From a virus: a DNA stretch of 64,000 nt. The translations under genes and the position numbers were made by a program. The notes below the pieces were generated by a model that was not told the origin of the DNA, made no database searches, and saw nothing but the letters and a program-made list of their open reading frames with translations. The stretch covers positions 1-64,000 of the IMG/VR virus record IMGVR_UViG_3300032334_001019. One strand, 5' to 3'. Of the stretch, positions 20,427 to 29,212 are shown piece after piece. How positions within the stretch are numbered: the stretch's first letter is position 1; every line of letters starts with the position of its first letter.

Positions 20427-21554
20427 ATGAATTCATTCAAGAAGATCGCACTAGCCATGGTTGCAGCCATGACTCTGGGCACAATCGTAGCAACACCTGC
20501 AAGTGCTGCTGTAATGACAGTCGCTGTATCATTGGACGGAACTGCTAATACAACAGCATCCGCAATTGCTACACCTGCTGCATTGCCAGTCCCTGCAGAC
20601 AACTCAGTTGACGCTGCTGATGCACTTAAGTTTGTAGCAACAGTAGATGCTGGAACATCAGTTACAGCAGTAGCAACAAACGCAACAATCGTGTCTGCAC
20701 TACACACATCTGCTGCACCAGTAGGAGCAACATCAGGATCATCATCTTTGACAGTTGCAACTGGTACAGGAACAACAGCAACATTTTATGTCTATACAAA
20801 GACAACAGCAATTGGTACAGTTGCTATTACAAATGGTGGAACAACACTTACATACTACGTACAGGGAACTGCTGGAAAGATTAATAATCTAACAGTATCT
20901 GCTCCTGCTGCTGGTGCTGCTGGTACAAAGCAAGACATCACAGTAACAGCAACTGACGTATTTGGAAATAAGGTTTCTGGTAAGTCAATTACTGCAACAG
21001 TATTTGCTGCAACAGCAACAGTTGATTCAGCAACAGCAACAACTGGCGCAACACTTTCAGACTTTGGAGTTGCAAAGTTTGCTGCAACACTTCCAACAAC
21101 TGGAACACGAGCACTAATTATGTTTGCTCCAACAACTTCAACAGATGCAACATCTGCAGATGTAGTTGGTCTAACAGCACGTACACTTGCTCCATTTGCA
21201 GAGATTGCAGTTCGTGATCTAGTATCAGAACTTGCTGCTGCAAATGCTGCCAAGGATGCAGCAATTGCTGCTAAGGCTACATCAGATGCTGCAGTTGTAA
21301 AGGCTGCTGCAGATGCTGCTGCTGCTAAGGTTGCTTCAGATGCTGCTCTTGCAGCAGAAAAGGCTGCTTCAGCAAAGGCACTAGCAGATGCTAAGGTTGC
21401 ATCAGATAAGGCACTTGCTGATAAGGATGCACAGATTACTAAGTTGACTGCAGATAATGCTGCAGTGCTTGCAACTCTAAAGGCATCATTCAATGCACTT
21501 GCTAAGCAATGGAATGCAAAGAATCCAAAGGCTAAGGTTACTTTGGTTAAGTAA
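20427..21554 (+). CDS. Secreted Ala/Thr-rich Ig-like surface protein with C-terminal coiled coil
   Basis: Sec signal ending 'PASA', 'VTATDVFGN' Big-like motif, Ala-Lys coiled coil, strong SD, biased codons. Confidence 0.7.
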   Translation: MNSFKKIALAMVAAMTLGTIVATPASAAVMTVAVSLDGTANTTASAIATPAALPVPADNSVDAADALKFVATVDAGTSVTAVATNATIVSALHTSAAPVGATSGSSSLTVATGTGTTATFYVYTKTTAIGTVAITNGGTTLTYYVQGTAGKINNLTVSAPAAGAAGTKQDITVTATDVFGNKVSGKSITATVFAATATVDSATATTGATLSDFGVAKFAATLPTTGTRALIMFAPTTSTDATSADVVGLTARTLAPFAEIAVRDLVSELAAANAAKDAAIAAKATSDAAVVKAAADAAAAKVASDAALAAEKAASAKALADAKVASDKALADKDAQITKLTADNAAVLATLKASFNALAKQWNAKNPKAKVTLVK

Positions 21555-21567
21555 TTAATCCAACACT

Positions 21568-21600
21568 AAAGGGGTTGCCAATTAAGGTAGCCCCTTTTTT
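21568..21600 (+). terminator. Intrinsic terminator
   Basis: AAAGGGGTTGCC-AATTAA-GGTAGCCCCTTT followed by a T-run. Confidence 0.85.
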
Positions 21601-21658
21601 GTGCAATAAAATGGTATAATCATCTTATCAGACATCTTGTCTGTAAGGGGGAAGGCAA

Positions 21659-23800
21659 ATAAAACGACTAATACGCATAGTAACCGCAACAGTTTTAGCC
21701 TTTGGCTGGCTTTTTATAGCACCCCAAGATGCTCATTCTGATGATCCTTTAACTGTTGCAGCCAAGGAAATTGAAAAACTCAATAGCGCAGTAGATAAAT
21801 TAGACTATAAAGATGATCTAATTAATATGATTGACATAGCAGAAAACAAATTCATGTATGCTAAAAATATGCGGGATGTAAGAGATTTTGCAATTAAAGA
21901 CTACGAAGATGCAGTAGAGGCAGAAGCATTAGCCCTAGAAGCCAAAAATCTTGCTCAATCCAATGTTGATGAACAAATAATTATAGTTGATGAAGCATTA
22001 CAAAATAAAGATAATGCAAAGGATGCACTTGATTTAGCAAACCTTAATCTTACAACAGCCCAATCAAACTTGCAAAGTGCTAGTGGTGCAGGTTTAAGAT
22101 ATGATGTTTATAGTTTAATTAGACAAAATGGTCAAGCAGTTCCATATCAATATCTATGTTCTGGTGTTTTAAATGGAAATGCTATGTCTCCTGGATCTGC
22201 TACATGTGGATATTATCAGAATTTTATTGTTAAATTTACTGGAAAAATAACAGTTCCTTCATGGTTTACATCAACAAAATTTGCAGGATACACAGATGAT
22301 GGTTTTAAAATGTATATTAATGGAAACCTTGCTATAAATAATTGGCGGGAGCAGGGAACAACTTGGAGTGCATATTCTCCAATATACGATGTAAGTGAAG
22401 AGAAAGCATTAAATGTAGAGATTTGGTGGTATAACGGTGGTGGTCCAGGATATTATCATCTAGGTTGGGGAATCCCTTATGACTCATCTAATAGTTTAGG
22501 TTGGACTGGTGCAGGATGTGATTATGCTGGAAATCCAAGAGTATGGGGACAAAACTTTAGTTGTAATCTCAATACATTTTCATCTGGTTCTGAACCAACA
22601 CAGCAACAACTTGATGCGTATAATCAAGCGTTATCTGATAAAAATGCAGCACAACAAAATTATAATGATAAATTAACTATTTATAATGCAGAAGTTGCAA
22701 CATTAAATGCAGACAATCAAACTTTAACTAATAAGATATCTGAATATGACAATGCTGTAATAAACACAGCAAATAACTTAGATGCTAAAAACAATACAGC
22801 ACAAGGCTATACTAATCAATTAAATGATTTAAATAATGCAATTGATGACGCATGGCGTTATTACGATGAGCAATCACAAAAAGAAATTCAAAGAGCAATA
22901 GCACAAGCAGCAGCCAACGCTGCAGCAAATCAGCCTAAGCCAGAGCCATCCCCAAAGCCAACTGAAGAGGCACCAAAGCCAAAACCGTCTGCACCACCAA
23001 CAGAGAAGCCAGAACCAAAGCCAACTAACAATACTGCTACAGAAGAGCCAGAACCAAAGCCTACACAGCCAGGAACAAAGCCTACAGAGCCTGGACCTAA
23101 ACCAGAACCAACAGATAAGCCAAAGCCAGAAGAGCCCAAGCCTACACCTGCCCCAAGCCCTGAACCAAAGCCAGAGACTGCTCCAGAGCCTCCTGTTGAG
23201 CCTTCTCCAGAGTCTAAGCCATTGCCAAGACCAGACTTTAAGCCAGCAGAAAATATTGACCCAGTTATTAAGGATGCTGAATTAGCAGCGCTTATTCCAG
23301 AAAAGGGTACAGGAAATGCAGAAGATCTATCTGGAGTTATTGCTAACCTTACAAGCAAGGATAATAAATTAGTTAAACTTTCTGCAGAACAAACAGCAGC
23401 AGTTAGTCAAACACTAAAGGCTTTAACACAAGAAGCAAAAACACAAGTTGCTCAAAACCTTGGTATTTCTGCATCAGAAGTTGCAAAGGTTGCAGATCAA
23501 ATGAAATCTAACCCAGCACTTGCTGCTGCATTCGTTGCATTTAATGATAAAGCAGCAGAATCAGGAGATACTCCAATGCCATTTACATTAGCAGATGCAG
23601 TAACAGAAGTACAAACAGATGAATTTTTAGCAGATCCACTTGGAGCAGTATTTGCAGTGGACCCACTAGAACTCCTATCCAATTTCTCTGAATTGGGTAT
23701 GGACATGACAGATGATCAGAGAGAAAAAGCACAAGAAGTAATTGTCCCAGTGGTCATTGCATCACAAATTGCAGGGGCAATGATAAGGAGGAACAAATGA
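21659..23800 (+). CDS. Membrane-anchored PA14-domain protein with coiled coils and Pro-rich linker (probable AUA start; ORF track start 21827)
   Basis: PA14 'TDDGFKMYING...WWYNGGG'; PEPKP repeats; C-terminal hydrophobic segment plus RRNK; in-frame signal peptide upstream of ATG 21827. Confidence 0.7.
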   Translation: MKRLIRIVTATVLAFGWLFIAPQDAHSDDPLTVAAKEIEKLNSAVDKLDYKDDLINMIDIAENKFMYAKNMRDVRDFAIKDYEDAVEAEALALEAKNLAQSNVDEQIIIVDEALQNKDNAKDALDLANLNLTTAQSNLQSASGAGLRYDVYSLIRQNGQAVPYQYLCSGVLNGNAMSPGSATCGYYQNFIVKFTGKITVPSWFTSTKFAGYTDDGFKMYINGNLAINNWREQGTTWSAYSPIYDVSEEKALNVEIWWYNGGGPGYYHLGWGIPYDSSNSLGWTGAGCDYAGNPRVWGQNFSCNLNTFSSGSEPTQQQLDAYNQALSDKNAAQQNYNDKLTIYNAEVATLNADNQTLTNKISEYDNAVINTANNLDAKNNTAQGYTNQLNDLNNAIDDAWRYYDEQSQKEIQRAIAQAAANAAANQPKPEPSPKPTEEAPKPKPSAPPTEKPEPKPTNNTATEEPEPKPTQPGTKPTEPGPKPEPTDKPKPEEPKPTPAPSPEPKPETAPEPPVEPSPESKPLPRPDFKPAENIDPVIKDAELAALIPEKGTGNAEDLSGVIANLTSKDNKLVKLSAEQTAAVSQTLKALTQEAKTQVAQNLGISASEVAKVADQMKSNPALAAAFVAFNDKAAESGDTPMPFTLADAVTEVQTDEFLADPLGAVFAVDPLELLSNFSELGMDMTDDQREKAQEVIVPVVIASQIAGAMIRRNK
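22932..23232 (+). repeat. Low-complexity Pro/Glu/Lys/Thr repeats within CDS
   Basis: Repeated CCAGARCCAAAGCC units. Confidence 0.7.
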
Positions 23801-24024
23801 AAATAATCAATAAAGCCATCAACCTAGTAGGCAAAATGCTAAAGGGATTAATTAAATGGTTTAAAGATGCAGGAATGGAATTAATTGCACAGGCATTTAC
23901 CCTCCTTGGCTTCTTTATCGCATGGCTAACTTTGACGGGATCAGCAAGAGATATTGTTGGCGTTGCAGTACTTGCAACAACAGTTATTTGGCTAATCACA
24001 ATCCCACTAAGAAAGGAGGACTAA
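23797..24024 (+). CDS. Small membrane protein
   Basis: Two hydrophobic helices. Confidence 0.65.
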   Translation: MKIINKAINLVGKMLKGLIKWFKDAGMELIAQAFTLLGFFIAWLTLTGSARDIVGVAVLATTVIWLITIPLRKED

Positions 24025-24025
24025 A

Positions 24026-24313
24026 ATGGCAACAAGAAAAAAGGTAGTAGAGACTCCTAAGAAAGAGCACCCACAAAAGGCTTTGACAAATGTTTTGATG
24101 CGTATTGTAGCAGTGTTTGCTGCTTCTGGTCTGTCAGTACTTGGTGCTGGAGCAGTAGTAGGAATTGACACAGTTCAGGCAGTAATGCTTGCAGGTTTAT
24201 TAGGCGTAGCAACAGTCATTGAAAGACTAGCAAGGGCTTTTTTGGACGATGGAAAACTTACAATCGCAGAAATAAATGATGCATTTAAGACTGTAGACAA
24301 AAAGGCTAATTAG
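24026..24313 (+). CDS. Holin-like membrane protein
   Basis: Two TM segments, charged termini. Confidence 0.55.
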   Translation: MATRKKVVETPKKEHPQKALTNVLMRIVAVFAASGLSVLGAGAVVGIDTVQAVMLAGLLGVATVIERLARAFLDDGKLTIAEINDAFKTVDKKAN

Positions 24314-24329
24314 TCATTGTAGGTTATAG

Positions 24330-24385
24330 TTGACAGCCCTCTCTGGGCAATGGTATACTTAATTGTTACCTATCTGGAGAGGGCT
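24330..24385 (+). promoter_or_regulatory. Promoter embedded in an inverted repeat covering the downstream RBS
   Basis: TTGACA-18-TATACT; AGCCCTCTC (24335-24343) / GAGAGGGCT (24377-24385). Confidence 0.65.
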
Positions 24386-24387
24386 TC

Positions 24388-25233
24388 ATGTATTTTACAG
24401 ATTTACCCAAGCAAAATGTTTTTAGACACAACATAGTATTTGGATCATTGCCAATTGGAAATCCAGCAGATTTATCATTTAATATGGTTGCCCACATCAA
24501 GCAGGCAGACATTATTGTTGTAGAAAGTCATGAGCAGTTCTCTAGACTATTAACAGAGTTTAGACAGTCTTCTTTGAGGAATGGTGCTCAACTAGAAACA
24601 TATGCAGATATATATCAGTATAGTTTAGAAAGTGCACCAGGAGCAATGAGAAGAGTTAATGATATTGTTATACAAAATTGTAAAGACAAAAAGATTCTGG
24701 TTGTTTCAGATGAGGGGTCTTCAATTTTTTTAGAGCCAATGTGTACACTAAAAGCAGAATTGCACAACTTAGATATTTTGTATCAGGTTATTTCTGGACC
24801 AAACTCAATGGTATCTACAGTCATATCTTCGGACAGAAACACAAATGAGTTTTATTTTGGATGTGGAATATCTGCAATTAGAAAAGATAGACGACCAGAA
24901 GTATTTGAAAAAATCAGAGACCTTGCCATTCCAGCAGTCTTTTTATTAACTGGTAAAGAAGCAAAAGAATCTATTGAAGATCTTCAGGCTACCTTTGGAA
25001 ATCATTACCATGCAGATCTTTGTATTAATCTATCTATGGTAACAGAAGAACATGTGCGTGGATCTTTTACACAAATATTAAACTATATAGATGATAATCC
25101 TAAAAGATTTTCAAGGGATACAGAAAGAGATAAATATTCTATTATTATTTTCCCACCACACCAAGATAAATCACATTATGTGACTTATGATTTTGAAACA
25201 GAAGAAATGGCTCAATCTGGTGATACAAAATGA
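24388..25233 (+). CDS. Divergent RsmI-like (tetrapyrrole methylase fold) methyltransferase
   Basis: 'LPIGNPADLS', 'VVSDEG', 'ISGPNS'. Confidence 0.7.
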   Translation: MYFTDLPKQNVFRHNIVFGSLPIGNPADLSFNMVAHIKQADIIVVESHEQFSRLLTEFRQSSLRNGAQLETYADIYQYSLESAPGAMRRVNDIVIQNCKDKKILVVSDEGSSIFLEPMCTLKAELHNLDILYQVISGPNSMVSTVISSDRNTNEFYFGCGISAIRKDRRPEVFEKIRDLAIPAVFLLTGKEAKESIEDLQATFGNHYHADLCINLSMVTEEHVRGSFTQILNYIDDNPKRFSRDTERDKYSIIIFPPHQDKSHYVTYDFETEEMAQSGDTK

Positions 25234-25754
25234 CATGCATTGTTGCATTAAAGCATGAAGATAAAATCTACATGGCTGGAGATCGTGGTGCCTCAGATGA
25301 TGGAGTTATTCTTTCACTTGTTGCACCAAAAGTTTGGAAAGTTGGTCCATACCTAATAGGATATTCTGGTTCAATGGATGGTGAGCGCATGCGACATAAT
25401 TTTAAACCAACAGCACCAAATATTAAAGATACAGATAAATTTATGCAAACTAAATTTGTTAAAGAACTTAGAGATTACTATAATGAATTTTGGGTTGATA
25501 CATCAAAAGATGGTGAGTTTAGTTTGATTATTGGTATACGTGGTGAAATTTATGAACATAGTTCTGGAGATATGTCTTTAATTAGATATACACTTCCGTA
25601 TGTGTCTATTGGGTCAGGATCAGAGTATGCCTATGGTGTTTTATATGCAACAGACAAACAAAAAAATGCAAGAAATCGTGTGCATTCAGCAGTAAGTGCA
25701 GCAATAAAATTTTCCCCATCCTGCATGGGACCAGTTGACATCGTAAGCATTTAA
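25230..25754 (+). CDS. HslV/proteasome-beta-like Ntn hydrolase
   Basis: N-terminal M-T-C-I-V-A, 'AGD', 'GYSGS', 'SIGSGS.YA.G'. Confidence 0.75.
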   Translation: MTCIVALKHEDKIYMAGDRGASDDGVILSLVAPKVWKVGPYLIGYSGSMDGERMRHNFKPTAPNIKDTDKFMQTKFVKELRDYYNEFWVDTSKDGEFSLIIGIRGEIYEHSSGDMSLIRYTLPYVSIGSGSEYAYGVLYATDKQKNARNRVHSAVSAAIKFSPSCMGPVDIVSI

Positions 25755-25769
25755 GGATATACTTTATAT

Positions 25770-25991
25770 ATGGACAAAGAATTTGAAGAAATTCTAAAAG
25801 ATATGCAAAACTCTGAGTCAGATTTCAATGAGTTTGAAATATGGCTTGAGAATGGAATTGAACGGGGATGGATAACAGAGCCGTTTTGTAATACTCATGA
25901 GGGTGATCCCTATATGACTGAAGAAGAAGAGCAAGAGTGGGAAGCAGGTGGCGACCCATGTCAACTAGTAATCAAGATAAAGGGTATGTAA
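25770..25991 (+). CDS. Acidic hypothetical protein
   Basis: Leaderless, after TTGACA-17-TATACT (25735-25763). Confidence 0.6.
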   Translation: MDKEFEEILKDMQNSESDFNEFEIWLENGIERGWITEPFCNTHEGDPYMTEEEEQEWEAGGDPCQLVIKIKGM

Positions 25992-25993
25992 AT

Positions 25994-26794
25994 ATGAAAA
26001 AGTTGTTAGCATTAATTGCAGTATTATTTTCAGTAGTAGTTCCAGTTCAGTCACAAGCAGCAGATTTAAAGGCTCTTGTTATTATTGATAGTTACTTTGA
26101 TTCCAGAGTAACTGGTGGAAATGTTTCTTGCATTACACTAACCAATAAGGTTTGCACAGATGTAGTAACAGCAATTCCATCTTCATTATCAAATGATATT
26201 AATCATGGCAATGCCATGGTAGAAGTTGCTAAAAAGCAAAATGCCACACTACCAATTATTGCACTTGCAGCAACAGTTCCAAGCAATAAATCTGTCTCAG
26301 CAGTAAATGCTGGAAATTTTATTGATGCATTGCGTTGGGTTGATTCTAACTCAAACAAGATTGGCGCCGTATCATTTTCAAGATACTTTAATGGTACAAA
26401 AGATTGCTCACCAGCATCAACAAATACTGTTCCATATGGTGGAGTTAGTGGAGCAGATACAACTATTCGATCACTTATTGCTTCATTGAAGGCTAAGGGC
26501 ATTCCAGTATTTGTTGCAACAGGAAATAATCCTGGAACTAAGATTGACTATCCAGCATGTATTCAAGATACAGTATCTGTAAGTGTTGGGGAAACAAACA
26601 AGGTTGGTGTTGTTGTTTCTGGATTTGCATTAAATAAAGAGACTGACTATGTTGCTACTTCAAATGTTTATAGTTATTTATCTCCAAAGTTGGGGCTTAT
26701 TGCTAATACAACGTCTGCTGGAACAGCAGCAGTAGCAGCAATATTTGCAACTGGCTCTTTGTCAGCAAACAGGGTTGTTATTGTAAAGCCTTAA
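25994..26794 (+). CDS. Secreted subtilisin-like (S8) protease
   Basis: Signal peptide; 'IIDS', 'NHG', 'ATGN', 'YPAC', 'TTSAG'. Confidence 0.75.
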   Translation: MKKLLALIAVLFSVVVPVQSQAADLKALVIIDSYFDSRVTGGNVSCITLTNKVCTDVVTAIPSSLSNDINHGNAMVEVAKKQNATLPIIALAATVPSNKSVSAVNAGNFIDALRWVDSNSNKIGAVSFSRYFNGTKDCSPASTNTVPYGGVSGADTTIRSLIASLKAKGIPVFVATGNNPGTKIDYPACIQDTVSVSVGETNKVGVVVSGFALNKETDYVATSNVYSYLSPKLGLIANTTSAGTAAVAAIFATGSLSANRVVIVKP

Positions 26795-26801
26795 TAGGTT
26801 T

Positions 26802-26877
26802 TGGGGTGTAACTCAGATGGTAGAGTGCCGAACTGTTAATTCGGATGTCGCAGGATCGATACCTGCCACCCCAGCCA
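26802..26877 (+). tRNA. tRNA-Asn(GTT)
   Basis: Cloverleaf TGGGGTG/CACCCCA, anticodon loop CTGTTAA, encoded CCA. Confidence 0.92.
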
Positions 26878-26951
26878 GGTCCGTTAGAATAGTTGGTTAG
26901 TTCGCCACCCTGTCACGGTGGAGGTCACGGGTTCAAGTCCCGTACGGATCG
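26878..26951 (+). tRNA. tRNA-Asp(GTC)
   Basis: GGTCCGT/ACGGATC stem, loop CTGTCAC, T-loop TTCAAGT. Confidence 0.92.
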
Positions 26952-27061
26952 CATGTTAGAAATACATCATGGTTCTAAGGTGGTATACTCATCATATGAG
27001 TTATCACTGCATAGTAGTTTAAAAATGGGTTATGATAACTGGATAGACTGGACAGGTTCTC

Positions 27062-27736
27062 ATGGATAAACCAAAGATGCTTCATGATATGGAGTATGAC
27101 TTTGATGTATGGTATAAAACTAATGATCCTGTTTTTTCAGATATAAGTATGAAGTCAAGGCTTCCAGGAAAATGGATTACATATGCTCCAGTTAGAGTTG
27201 GCAAATATAAAGATAGTATATTAAAGCCAATTAACTCCTATGTTCAGTCTTTATATCCTGCACCAACATTAGTAAGTATTGAAGGTAATACCGTAAGACT
27301 AAGACAAGGCAATCATGCTGAGTTCTTTTTGTTAGAAAAAGAAGACGGCACCTTTAGGAATATTGATAGACCTTGGATGAGACAATATTATAATACATCA
27401 GAAGAGCATATACCAATGGCTGGTTGTTTTCCAGGTACCTTTAAATTTTATACTCCTTGGTTTTTAGATGAAGATAATATTGAAATAAACTATGAAATAC
27501 CAGATGTAGAAACACCATTCTATATATATCCAAAAACTTTTGTTTCAGAAAAGGCACAACCTGGATTAGTTTATAAAGAACCAGAGTTTATATCGTTTCA
27601 TTTTAAGAGGGTTGGTCCTCACATGCAAACAGAAAAGTTTGGCAAAATTAAAAGGCAGCAGCCGATGTATGACATGGTTTTCCAGGCAGATGATATAATA
27701 GTAGAGAGAGTTAGGAAGTTCTATGAACAAGATTAG
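27062..27736 (+). CDS. Divergent DUF6065-like protein
   Basis: 'FKFYTPW', C-terminal 'KIKRQQPMYDMVF' parallels the neighbours' 'IxxGTPxxQxIPF'. Confidence 0.5.
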   Translation: MDKPKMLHDMEYDFDVWYKTNDPVFSDISMKSRLPGKWITYAPVRVGKYKDSILKPINSYVQSLYPAPTLVSIEGNTVRLRQGNHAEFFLLEKEDGTFRNIDRPWMRQYYNTSEEHIPMAGCFPGTFKFYTPWFLDEDNIEINYEIPDVETPFYIYPKTFVSEKAQPGLVYKEPEFISFHFKRVGPHMQTEKFGKIKRQQPMYDMVFQADDIIVERVRKFYEQD

Positions 27737-28445
27737 TTTTTATCCTTTTAATGATAAAACTGTTTCATTTGCACCACCACCAATACCTGCTACAAAGGCA
27801 GTTCCAGATTGGTATAAAAAGCAACCAGGCACAATAGATGAAGAGAATTTTATTAAGAATGGACAAACTTCTTCTACTGTTAAAAGATGTATGCCTATAT
27901 TTGACATCATGACTGCTGGATATATAATCTCAATGCCATGTGACATACATATAGATGCAACAAATCCAGATAAAATTGAGTGGTCTGTTCCTATCTCTAT
28001 GAAAAGTTTTGGATCTGATATGGTTGCATCACATGCTCGTGAACAATATGATCATTATCCAATTGATAAAGATAAATATCACAGAGATCTTTTTCGTATC
28101 ATGCCGTTCTGGTCAGTAAAAACTCCACAAGGATATAGCACTTTATTTACTCAGCCAATACATAAAGATCCATCTCCTTTGCTTGCGATAGGTGGTCTTG
28201 TTGACACTGATAATTTTATTACTGATGGCCATCTGTCATTTTTAATTCAAAAAGATTTTGTTGGAATTATTAAACAGGGAACACCTCTTGTTCAGGTAAT
28301 ACCATTTAAGCGTGATGACTGGGAGATGGAACTAGTTGAATCTTCGCAGGCAACAAAAGAAGTACAAGAACAAAGATTAGACTTAAGAAGCACATTTGTT
28401 AATGGGTATAGGAATAAAATGAGAGCAATCAAAGAGTGGCGATAG
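27723..28445 (+). CDS. DUF6065-like (dUTPase-fold-like) protein
   Basis: 'PDWYK', 'KRCMPIFD', 'TPQGYS', 'IKQGTPLVQVIPFKR'. Confidence 0.7.
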   Translation: MNKISFYPFNDKTVSFAPPPIPATKAVPDWYKKQPGTIDEENFIKNGQTSSTVKRCMPIFDIMTAGYIISMPCDIHIDATNPDKIEWSVPISMKSFGSDMVASHAREQYDHYPIDKDKYHRDLFRIMPFWSVKTPQGYSTLFTQPIHKDPSPLLAIGGLVDTDNFITDGHLSFLIQKDFVGIIKQGTPLVQVIPFKRDDWEMELVESSQATKEVQEQRLDLRSTFVNGYRNKMRAIKEWR

Positions 28446-29212
28446 AAAATCCTCTTGTAATTAAATTTACACCAGGCTTTAATGGACCTGCTGGAAGGTT
28501 AACTGCTCCAGTTCCAGGCGTATCTAATGTGCCAGAGTGGTATAGAAGTTTAGCAAGATTTCATATGTCAAATGATGACATAACTCTTGGTGTAAATAAT
28601 AATATTGGTACAGATGGTGCTATGGTAGCAACTAAAATGTGTATGCCATTTTTTGATGCAATGACTGGTGGATATCACTATGTTCTTGAAGATGACCTAT
28701 ATGTAGACATGGACCCAGATGGTAGACCAATTTTATCTTGGGGTGGAGATGTAATGTTGGTTGATAAGAGGCCAACCATAGAGTTACCAGTTCCAGATAA
28801 TTGTCATCCAATTCATTATGGATGGAGAATGAACTGGTACTATGAAACACCACCTGGATATTCAGTGTTAATCACACACCCAATGAATAGATTTGATTTG
28901 CCATTTTATACAATGTCTGGAATTGTTGAGTCTGATATTTGGGGTCTACCAGTATTCACTGCATTCTTTTTGAAGAGAAACTTTATTGGTGTAATACCTA
29001 AAGGAACTCCAATTTTTCAAATAATTCCATTTAAGCGTGAAGCCTGGGAACTAGAAGAGGTTGACACTGTTGAAGAATTGGACAGACACGAATTGATGGC
29101 AGAAAATAGAAGGTCAAGGCTTTATGGATATTATAAAGAAACAGCCTGGCGTAAAAAATTTTTTGGTTTGAAGAATAAAAAAATAAAGGATGTAAGTCAT
29201 GATGATGAATGA
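28436..29212 (+). CDS. DUF6065-like protein
   Basis: 'PEWYR', 'KMCMPFFD', 'TPPGYS', 'IPKGTPIFQIIPFKR'. Confidence 0.7.
   Translation: MAIENPLVIKFTPGFNGPAGRLTAPVPGVSNVPEWYRSLARFHMSNDDITLGVNNNIGTDGAMVATKMCMPFFDAMTGGYHYVLEDDLYVDMDPDGRPILSWGGDVMLVDKRPTIELPVPDNCHPIHYGWRMNWYYETPPGYSVLITHPMNRFDLPFYTMSGIVESDIWGLPVFTAFFLKRNFIGVIPKGTPIFQIIPFKREAWELEEVDTVEELDRHELMAENRRSRLYGYYKETAWRKKFFGLKNKKIKDVSHDDE

Noticed and set aside
20381-23358. Long antisense ORFs (20381-20707, 20855-21493, 22930-23358)
   Set aside because: These are shadows of the biased Ala- and Pro-rich codons on the + strand.
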